From NCBI GenBank assembly GCA_019358875.1, contig JAHHIF010000024.1:73662-97661 (forward strand): DNA of 24,000 bases. The letters are read 5' to 3'. The position numbers and the translations under genes are program-made. Below, one piece after another: positions 1 through 7,018 of the stretch. The stretch is from Symplocastrum torsivum CPER-KK1. GTDB taxonomy: Bacteria > Cyanobacteriota > Cyanobacteriia > Cyanobacteriales > Coleofasciculaceae. Under the pieces are notes generated by a model. That model was not told the origin of the DNA and did no database searches. It saw only the letters and a program-made list of their open reading frames with translations. Numbering within the stretch: the stretch's first letter is position 1; every line of letters starts with the position of its first letter.

Positions 1-33
1 CTGCCCTCAAGACTCGATTATTTCCTCCTACCC

Positions 34-61
34 AATAAAAAAGCCCTGTGAACACACAGAG
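34..61 (-). terminator. Candidate intrinsic terminator with no obvious upstream gene (possible 3' end of a small RNA)
   Basis: The minus-strand RNA reads CUCUGUG-UGUU-CACAGGG, a 7-bp stem with one G.U pair at 44..61. It is followed by C plus U6 (A-run 37..42 on the + strand). No U-tract follows the hairpin on the + strand. Confidence 0.4.
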
Positions 62-268
62 CTTGAGAAAGTGAAGGTATACCCAAATAAAACTAAGAGT
101 TTTTATTAAATTTACTTTTCTTAATAAGCAAAGTCTACTTCCATGAAGTGACTAAGCATTGTAATTATGCACCAATTTCACAAAAACTACAAGACCTCTC
201 ACCCTAGAAAGATACCGAAAAATGCCAGGGGAGGGGATAGTTATTCTAGTGATTAATAACAATTAAGT

Positions 269-508
269 GTGATGCTTCAGAGCCTATTAGATCAAGCTTC
301 ATCCTGTGGATGTACCTACGAACGCGATTCATTCGGCAACTGTAAAATTCTTCCCCCTCAAAAAACAGCAAGATGGGAATTGCAGCAAGTAAAAGATAGA
401 TGGTTACTATTCGTTGGTGGTGTACCTCAAGCTAATCTTTATCCAGAAGAAGCAGAAGCATTCTTGAAGCGCCGTTGCCCAAGGCACTTGAATCGGGAAG
501 CGGTTTAG
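269..508 (+). CDS. Hypothetical small protein (79 aa)
   Basis: Open frame from GTG 269 / ATG 272 to TAG. I recognise no motif. Coding status is supported only by length and by lying between AT-rich spacers. Confidence 0.4.
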   Translation: MMLQSLLDQASSCGCTYERDSFGNCKILPPQKTARWELQQVKDRWLLFVGGVPQANLYPEEAEAFLKRRCPRHLNREAV

Positions 509-591
509 ATTTCCCAAAGCGTGAAAAGGGAATTCCTTTCAAACTTAATTTAAACTTGACTCTTCGATTTTATTTTGAATAACGTAACGTT

Positions 592-843
592 ATGGAACAG
601 CCTTCTGACTCATATAGTTTTAGTTATCGTAAAAAGCCTTACCACGGTCACTTCACACCACAAAATTTAGTCTTCAATGCCAACCTACAAGATTTTTCAC
701 AACGGGTTGGTCAGATCAGTAACTTACAGAGTAAGGGGAAGCTGTCTGCTCAAGAAGCTTACGAACTAATTGAGGTTTTGTGGAAACAATTAGAAGGCAG
801 CTGTTATGCATTAGGGATTTTGCCAGAAGACGAGAACAATTAA
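592..843 (+). CDS. Hypothetical small protein (83 aa), acidic C-terminus
   Basis: ATG-initiated ORF preceded by an AT-rich spacer. The sequence (KPYHGHFTPQNLVFNANLQDF...SAQEAYELIEVLWKQL) resembles small conserved cyanobacterial proteins from memory, but I cannot name a family. Confidence 0.5.
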   Translation: MEQPSDSYSFSYRKKPYHGHFTPQNLVFNANLQDFSQRVGQISNLQSKGKLSAQEAYELIEVLWKQLEGSCYALGILPEDENN

Positions 844-1036
844 GTATCAACCCTGAGTGAAGGTAACTTAATCAGACCTATCCCAAACATTTCAATTATT
901 CTCTTTTCCCGATGTATTATTCACCTTTTGTTAGGGGATTGTTCCGAATATATATTAAGTGTTTAGGTTTTACGGCTCAGGAGTTTTCTTCGGTACACAG
1001 GTAGTAATTGGGTTACCACCTGGCAACGGGAAGATG

Positions 1037-1264
1037 TTACCGTAACAATGCCTTTTCGATTGGTATAAGCTGTCCCTCCTCATTAGTCGGTTCCAGAACA
1101 AAACCATCCCACCAAATTTTTTTATATCCTGAAAATACACAATCGAGTTGGTGGACTTGACAAGTGATTATGTAATCGCATTGCTCGTGGAGAACTTCGT
1201 AAACTTTTACCCATTGTTCTGGATGCAGCTTTTCACATTCATCTATTGGAATCATTCGATTCAT
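1037..1264 (-). CDS. Hypothetical small protein (75 aa)
   Basis: ATG-initiated ORF on the minus strand with no recognisable motif. An overlapping + strand ORF (1148..1354) looks less protein-like. Confidence 0.35.
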   Translation of the reverse strand: MNRMIPIDECEKLHPEQWVKVYEVLHEQCDYIITCQVHQLDCVFSGYKKIWWDGFVLEPTNEEGQLIPIEKALLR

Positions 1265-1545
1265 CTACTCTATACAACAACATTTCCGCCAGTGAAAAGA
1301 CACCGGACTGAGGAACCTACAGAAATTGATCAAGGCTCCTATTGTACGTTGTAGTACATTATTGATATTCTAATCTAGTTCGTATTTATCTCTCTACCTA
1401 AAAGCAGATAAATATATTGAATTAAGTTCTACATTTGCAATTGGGCAAGACCTACTAGACAAGGGCGTGATCGCACTTGCCCTCTGTAGAGCCTGAAGTG
1501 CTTAGCAGAATGTCTATCAACTGCCATGTTGGTTAAAGGAAACTA

Positions 1546-1701
1546 ATGTCTGATTACGATATCAAGAGGCATCAGGGAGAAGCTCAAAATTTTGTGGAGC
1601 AACTGAGCGATGAAGTTAGCATATGCATGATGCTAATACCCTCTGGCAGCTTCAATATGGGTTCGCCAACTGTCGTTTTCCCGCAACTTCCCGACATCTG
1701 A
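1546..1701 (+). pseudogene. Relic of a formylglycine-generating-enzyme (FGE-sulfatase/SUMF1) domain gene
   Basis: A 51-codon ORF, below the ORF-track cutoff, translates to MSDYDIKRHQGEAQNFVEQLSDEVSICMMLIPSGSFNMGSPTVVFPQLPDI. The stretch AQxFxExL...V.L.MV.IP.G.F.MGSP is the characteristic entry into FGE-sulfatase domains of cyanobacterial proteins. A stop lies 4 codons upstream of the ATG. The frame ends 12 codons after MGSP, with no FGE-like continuation in any frame. Confidence 0.45.
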
Positions 1702-1767
1702 CAGCTTCCGGGTATGTATTTCAGGCTTTGCTAAGCACTTGGTTGCCTGCTACCTTTACCCCTCAAA

Positions 1768-1799
1768 GGCTGTCCTCACAGCCGGTTTTGATTTTCTTC
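1768..1799. terminator. Candidate bidirectional stem-loop terminator
   Basis: GGCTGT-cctc-ACAGCC (1768..1783) is followed on the + strand by GGTTTTGATTTTCTT and on the minus strand by TTTGAGG. It lies 74 bp downstream of the stop of the minus-strand beta-propeller gene. Confidence 0.45.
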
Positions 1800-1856
1800 C
1801 CGACATCTACCGTGACAGGCGAATCAGGCGTGTACTCGGAAGGATTCCTAAAGAAT

Positions 1857-2771
1857 TTATAGCAATGGTAAACCTTCAACACCCACGTCCAGACGGACAA
1901 CTTTGGCAGGTTCAATGCCAGTAGATGGAGGCAGCGACATACCACCATTAGTCGTCACGTAGAGATAGGTTTGATTGGAGGGCGAGCGCCCAAAGGCAAC
2001 TGCCGTCGTACCAGTCATCCCTTGTTCGGCTTGGGCGATGGTGGTGAGGTGGCCATCGGGGGCAACCTTCACCACGCTATTGAAGACGTGCGTTGTGCCG
2101 TAGAGATTTCCAGCTTGATCGAAGGCAAAATCATCAATATTGGCGTTTTGCACAAAGACTTCCGGTTCACCCGGTTGATGCGCCTGGAGTGGAATTCGCA
2201 CAAGTTGAGCGTTCTGCGTATTTGAGGCATACAGAACTCTGTCAAAGATTTTGAGTCCATTCACAGCCGGGGTTGGGTTTTCAGGCGTTGCCCGTGCCAG
2301 AAGGGGATGTTCTAGCCAAATCCGTCCGCTGCCCTGAGCGACATCCAGTTCCCAAATTGCACCTCGATACGAGTCGGCAATCAAGTAGAGAGAGTCTGTC
2401 AGATGGGTAAGACCATTCAAAAAGAGGGCATCGGGCAATGTCACAAGTACATCCACAGTTCCTTGTAAAGAAACCTGCCAAACAACGGGAGTATCAATCG
2501 CATCCCAACCCGTCAGCAAGAGGGTGCCATCTGGCGCAAAAGCCAGCCCCGTGGCTTTGCCAGGAACTGTGGCATGGGTTATCGGAACATCATCTGCACC
2601 GATGCGAATAATTTCGCCGTCATAGTGGTTCGTGATGAACAGCGTATTATTGGCATCGACGACAATGCTCTCCAGAAACGTGTTGACGGGGAATTCTGCA
2701 ATGATGTGCGCGGGTACCAAGGCGATTGGGGCATCGCTAAACAAGGGAGGTAATGATTGGGATGGGGACAT
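1857..2771 (-). CDS. SMP-30/gluconolactonase/LRE-like (strictosidine-synthase-like) six-bladed beta-propeller protein
   Basis: Repeated blade-like segments are present (LFITNHYDGEIIRI, APDGTLLLTG, LNGLTHL..LYLADS, AVNGLKIF..LYASN, DDFAFDQAGNLYGTT, LYVTTNGG). The ORF is open back to 2864, but the first 31 codons (MRDCRNKSKRLCDCRF...) look non-native. I place the start at the ATG at 2771 (MSPSQSLPPLF...). No signal peptide is visible. Confidence 0.75.
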   Translation of the reverse strand: MSPSQSLPPLFSDAPIALVPAHIIAEFPVNTFLESIVVDANNTLFITNHYDGEIIRIGADDVPITHATVPGKATGLAFAPDGTLLLTGWDAIDTPVVWQVSLQGTVDVLVTLPDALFLNGLTHLTDSLYLIADSYRGAIWELDVAQGSGRIWLEHPLLARATPENPTPAVNGLKIFDRVLYASNTQNAQLVRIPLQAHQPGEPEVFVQNANIDDFAFDQAGNLYGTTHVFNSVVKVAPDGHLTTIAQAEQGMTGTTAVAFGRSPSNQTYLYVTTNGGMSLPPSTGIEPAKVVRLDVGVEGLPLL

Positions 2772-3385
2772 TAAGGAATCCTCTAAGTTAGTCAAGTTTT
2801 CTGGGGATACTAACTGAAACCGACAATCGCACAATCGTTTTGATTTATTCCTACAATCCCTCAATTCCTACGACAGGTCTACCCATAGGGTCTTGGTTTG
2901 CAGATAAAATTCCAATTGCAACAAACCGGGGTATGTTCTCAATAAGTCGAGAAAAAACGGCGGTTTTCCCACCTTTTAACGAAAGAATGGGGCTTTGAGC
3001 TTTTACACTGTGTAATAGTAGGAAGCTTATCGCTACATTGACCCGGCTTCAGAAGCGCCACAAGGGAGAGACTAAGTAGGGGTTCTAGGAGGGGGTGCGG
3101 GTATTCCATCTCCTCTTGTTCAAAGTCGATTGGATATTTAAAGATTTGCTCTAGTCCATTAATGATCTAGTCCCACCCTCCGGGAATAGCCCGGAACTGG
3201 TCAAGAATTTCATGTCTGAGTTCCCAGTCCCGTTGACCCGGAGTGTAGTTGAAAACACAGTGATGAGCTTCACAGCCAAATCCTCCGGAGTGCTTGTCAA
3301 TAGGATACTCCTAGAGAGTCCACCTTGGGTTTTTGCTCCTCTCATGGTTCAATGAACTCTTGAGAAGCTCACTTCCAGGGACTTA

Positions 3386-4360
3386 ATGCGCGACCCGCCC
3401 TCTGTTGAGGCTCCCCATCACCTCTTCCTTACTGAACTCGTGCCGCTGACTCTTCATCCAGCGGCGGTGTATCTGTCTGGACTGAGTGAGGGGTCTCGTC
3501 CGACGATGCGCCACGCCCTGGATGCGATCGCGTACTTGCTAACCGATGGCGAGTGCGATGCGATGAATCTAGATTGGGCGGCACTGCGCTATCAGCATAC
3601 GGCGGCAGTTAGGGCGGCGCTAATGCAGCGGTTGGCTCCGGCGACTTGTGAGAAGATGCTGTGTGCGTTGCGGCGGGTGTTGAAGGAGGCGAGGAAGCTA
3701 AAGCTAATTGAGGCAGAGGACTATGAAGCGGCAATTGACCTGCCTCGGATTGATACACCCCCCAGGAAGCTCAGGGGACGTGCTCTCAAGGGTGATGAGA
3801 TTGCGGCTCTGATGGAGGCGTGTCAAAAAGAGGGTGCAAGAACGATTGATGTCAGAGATGCAGCCCTGATAGCTATCTTGCGCGGTGGGGGGTTAAGGCG
3901 CAATGAGGTGGTCAATTTGGAACTAAAAGACTTTGACTCCAGCACCGGCGCTCTTGAGGTTCATAAGGCAAAGAGAGGGGCATATCGCCGGGTTTATCTG
4001 CCAACTGGAGCGTGTGCGATTGTGGAACAGTGGCTGGCAATAAGAGGCAATGCACCAGGACCTCTGCTGTGTCCAATCCACCGCTGGGGGCAAGTGACTC
4101 TGCGACCCATGACCTCTGATGCGGTATTGAGGATATTGAAGAGACGTGCTCTGCAAGCGGGTGTGGATTCCTTCTCGGCTCACGACTTTCGCCGGACGTT
4201 CTGCTCGGATTTGCTGGATGCCGGGGTCGATATTGTTACGGTGCAAAAGTTAGCGGGTCATACGTCACCAACAGTTACAGCTAAGTACGATCGCCGGGGA
4301 GAAGAAACCAAGCGTCGCGCTGTGCAAAACTTGGAGATTCCTTTTAAAAAGCGGGATTAG
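3386..4360 (+). CDS. Tyrosine recombinase / site-specific integrase (XerC/D-phage integrase family)
   Basis: Catalytic signature is present. Arg lies in ILRGGGLRRNEV, H-x-x-R in AHDFRRTF, His in LAGHTS, and the nucleophile Tyr in TAKYDRR. An N-terminal SAM-like core-binding region precedes it. Confidence 0.92.
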   Translation: MRDPPSVEAPHHLFLTELVPLTLHPAAVYLSGLSEGSRPTMRHALDAIAYLLTDGECDAMNLDWAALRYQHTAAVRAALMQRLAPATCEKMLCALRRVLKEARKLKLIEAEDYEAAIDLPRIDTPPRKLRGRALKGDEIAALMEACQKEGARTIDVRDAALIAILRGGGLRRNEVVNLELKDFDSSTGALEVHKAKRGAYRRVYLPTGACAIVEQWLAIRGNAPGPLLCPIHRWGQVTLRPMTSDAVLRILKRRALQAGVDSFSAHDFRRTFCSDLLDAGVDIVTVQKLAGHTSPTVTAKYDRRGEETKRRAVQNLEIPFKKRD

Positions 4361-4545
4361 GGAATTTTAGCTCGCTGTAGTTGTTCTTGGACAACAGAGA
4401 ATACCTCAACACTAGATTGATTTTCGCATTCATTGCTTGATAACCTGCAAGCTACCTACTATCGGCAAGTTTCTTAAAATCCTACAAATGAGATGACGCA
4501 GCACAGTAATGTAGAGTCAGTCCAGTCTCACAGGAGTCAAGAGCT

Positions 4546-5316
4546 TTGACTAAAGTGATTGCACTGTTCAATCAGGCGGGTGGTGTGGGGAAGTCTACGA
4601 CCACCCAAAATCTCGGCTATCACCTTTTCCTACGTCGCCACCGCGTCCTGGTGGTAGATATGGACCCCCAAGCTTCACTAACTTCGTTCATGGGACTAGA
4701 GCCAGCGGACTTGAAGGAGACGATTTACACGGCTTTAGTGCCTGAAGAGGATGAAGTCGATAAGCCGCTCCCTATCCATAAGGATTTACACGGCATAGAC
4801 TTAGCGCCAGCTAACCTGCTGCTAGCCAATGCCGAACAAGAGTTAATCTTTGCGGAACAGCGAGAGTTCCGACTGAAAGATATTCTTGCACCTCGGCTTT
4901 TTGACTATGATTTTATTTTGGTCGATTGTCCTCCCAGTTTGGGAATCTTGAGCCAAATTAGCTTAGTTGCCTCTACTCATGTTCTGGTTCCCGTCCAATG
5001 TCAGTACAAAGCCTTGCTCGGTACAGAATCGTTGCTGAAGACCGTGTACAAGGTAAAAAGGCGGCTTAATACGGAATTGACGTTTGCGGGTTTCCTGCCC
5101 ACCTTGTATTCCGCCAGTAATTCGCTAGACCGAAGGACGTTGCAAATTGTTCAAGAACAACTAGCATCTGTTGGACCCATTCTGCCGACCGTTCCACGGG
5201 CAACGGCTTTGGCTGAGGCGACGGAGTACGGAATGCCCTTAGCGCTCTGCCCCAAGAAGAATCCTGAGATTTTGCAAATTTTTGACCGAATCGCACAGGT
5301 CGTTGAATCGCTATGA
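4546..5316 (+). CDS. parA: ParA-family partition ATPase (deviant Walker A lacking the signature lysine)
   Basis: TTG start is preceded by AGGAG (4532..4536, 9-nt spacer). Motifs present are the P-loop FNQAGGVGKST, DMDPQ, and Walker B ILVDCPPSLG. The usual KGGVGK is AGGVGK here (codon GCG at 4576..4578). Confidence 0.92.
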   Translation: MTKVIALFNQAGGVGKSTTTQNLGYHLFLRRHRVLVVDMDPQASLTSFMGLEPADLKETIYTALVPEEDEVDKPLPIHKDLHGIDLAPANLLLANAEQELIFAEQREFRLKDILAPRLFDYDFILVDCPPSLGILSQISLVASTHVLVPVQCQYKALLGTESLLKTVYKVKRRLNTELTFAGFLPTLYSASNSLDRRTLQIVQEQLASVGPILPTVPRATALAEATEYGMPLALCPKKNPEILQIFDRIAQVVESL

Positions 5317-6506
5317 GGAAGTCCCCTAAACCAGAGGCAAGACGATTGAGAAACGTGACGCTGTTTAATGATGCAGATGAAGCCGTTCCTTCCACGAGTA
5401 CAGTGCCGTTGGCGAGTCTCATCATTTCCCAAACTCAACCGCGTCGGTATTTTGCTCCCGAAGCCATGCGAGCGCTCGTGGAGTCGGTCAAAAAAGATGG
5501 AGTCCTTCAGCCGATTCTGGTCAGACCTTTTGGAGACAAGTATGAGCTAGTAGCAGGTGAGAGACGGTATCGAGCGGCGAAAGCAGCCGGGTTAACCGAT
5601 ATTCCGGCAGTTATCCGGGAGATGAGCGATTCCGAAGCAGTACGGTTTGCCTTGATGGAAAACCTGCAACGGGAAGACCTTAACCCCGTTGAAGAAACCG
5701 AAGGAATCTTGGAACTGCTGGCTATTACTCTTGACTCTTCTACGGCTGAGGTGACTTTATTGCTTCAGCGGTTGCAGAAAGAAATCAAACGGAAGAAATT
5801 GTCCCATAACGTTATGGGACAACCGGAAGGAGAGTCAGCACCATCGGAATTGGCAATTATCCAGTCGGTATTTGAGTCTTTGGGGCGGATGTCATGGGAA
5901 TCTTTCACCTCCAACCGCTTGCCCCTTCTCAATCTCCCTGCTGACATTCTAGAGGCGCTCCGAGCGGGACGAATTGAATACACTAAAGCCAAGCAGATAG
6001 CCAAATTCGAGTCGGAATCGGAGCGACAGGATCTACTGGAAGAGGCGAGCGCTTCTTCTCTCTCCTTGAGTCAAATTCGAGAGCGAGTCAGAGCCTCTCA
6101 ACCGCCGCCCGAACAAGGAGAATTCGCGGCTCGGATAGATGCGACTACTAAGCAGGTAAAGAAGTTAAAGGTGTGGGAGAACCCCTCAAAGCGCTCTCGA
6201 CTCGAATTGTTGTTGAAACAGCTCGAAGAGCTAATCTCTGAAGAAGGATTAGATGAATCACAGTCCATCGGAGAAGCTGAAGTCACTCAGGATCTGGCAC
6301 ACAAAGGCAGCGAGTTAACTGATGAGTTACACAATAGCTCGCTGACTCATGCGGAGCTGGTAGAGCGATTGGGGGTCAAGAGTTCTACGCTAAGCGTAGC
6401 TAAGAAAAAAAACAATTTCTCCGAGTGGAGTAAGAGTAAAGACCCAGACGAGAGCGCGTGGCAATGGCTGCCAGAATCTAAGCGTTTTGTGCCATTAACA
6501 AACTAG
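5313..6506 (+). CDS. parB: ParB/Spo0J-family partition protein with extended C-terminal region
   Basis: The ATG overlaps the parA stop (ATGA). The ParB N-terminal CTPase-fold motifs are present: LQPILVRP, ELVAGERRYRAA (GERR box) and ENLQREDLNP. The long C-terminal half ends in a helix-turn-helix-like segment, THAELVERLGVKSSTLSVAKKK. Confidence 0.93.
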   Translation: MRKSPKPEARRLRNVTLFNDADEAVPSTSTVPLASLIISQTQPRRYFAPEAMRALVESVKKDGVLQPILVRPFGDKYELVAGERRYRAAKAAGLTDIPAVIREMSDSEAVRFALMENLQREDLNPVEETEGILELLAITLDSSTAEVTLLLQRLQKEIKRKKLSHNVMGQPEGESAPSELAIIQSVFESLGRMSWESFTSNRLPLLNLPADILEALRAGRIEYTKAKQIAKFESESERQDLLEEASASSLSLSQIRERVRASQPPPEQGEFAARIDATTKQVKKLKVWENPSKRSRLELLLKQLEELISEEGLDESQSIGEAEVTQDLAHKGSELTDELHNSSLTHAELVERLGVKSSTLSVAKKKNNFSEWSKSKDPDESAWQWLPESKRFVPLTN

Positions 6507-6960
6507 GGCTGATGGCTATAACGCAATGCCTATAACTTTCTGGGCTTAGCATCCAGTGGTGTTCCCTTGGTGATCCTGTTGGCGAAGCCTTCCTTAATAC
6601 CCTGAGAGTCCTGAAACTTCATCGTCCCCTTGTTGAAATTGATTGAGTGATGCTTAGGAAAAGATAGAGGAAGTAGTAATACTGGCAGCAATCCGCTCTA
6701 GGCGCACATCAGACTCAAACACCATCTCCTCCGGTTTGTAGAGCATTCTAATTTTACTCCCCTCAGCTTCTAGTGCTGTAAAAAACTTGATTAATCGTTA
6801 TTTTAAAAGAAGTTTATCATTAAGCTAAATAAGGAATAATTTTTGGTTAAACCCAATCCTAAAACCTAGCAAAGTTTTCTGAAACTAATATCCGAAATCT
6901 CTTTCCTAGAAAGAACTTGGAGATTTTTTAAATTTAATTTTGAATTCAAATTCAATTGAT

Positions 6961-6993
6961 ATTAATAAATTTAATTCACAACTTATTCACAAA
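6961..6993 (+). promoter_or_regulatory. Candidate response-regulator site: 11-bp direct repeat upstream of phoX
   Basis: TAATTCACAAC (6972..6982) and TTATTCACAAA (6983..6993) are tandem 11-bp repeats, 9/11 identical. They are preceded by ATTAATAAATT. The site is 26 bp upstream of ATG 7019 and 80 bp upstream of the Tat-signal ATG 7073. The TTAA cores are not on a clean 11-bp register, so assignment as a Pho box is tentative. Confidence 0.3.
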
Positions 6994-7018
6994 TAGAAAG
7001 TAAACAATAGAGTGTTCA

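Noticed and set aside
3151-3345. 64-aa track ORF (MRGAKTQGGL...)
   Set aside because: The translation is featureless. A different minus-strand frame over the same DNA looks more protein-like and is reported as a possible decayed gene instead.
4361-4545. parS/centromere-like repeats upstream of parA and downstream of parB (6507..6780)
   Set aside because: Only short elements were found: GAGTCA twice, 20 bp apart, and 5-bp inverted repeats such as GCTTG/CAAGC and GTTGT/ACAAC. There is no match to the TGTTTCACGTGAAACA-type parS and no iterated motif strong enough to report.
5066-5438. Minus-strand ORFs of 119 and 95 aa across the parA/parB junction
   Set aside because: They are antisense to two genes with unambiguous family motifs. 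The translations have no features.
6530-6746. Two ~30-codon minus-strand ORFs (MLYKPEEMVFESDVRLERIAA..., MKFQDSQGIKEGFANRITKGTPLDAKPRKL) downstream of parB, possibly a decayed toxin-antitoxin or similar
   Set aside because: They lie in different frames, are too short, and show no recognisable family motif. This could be checked by BLASTX but is not supportable from sequence alone.
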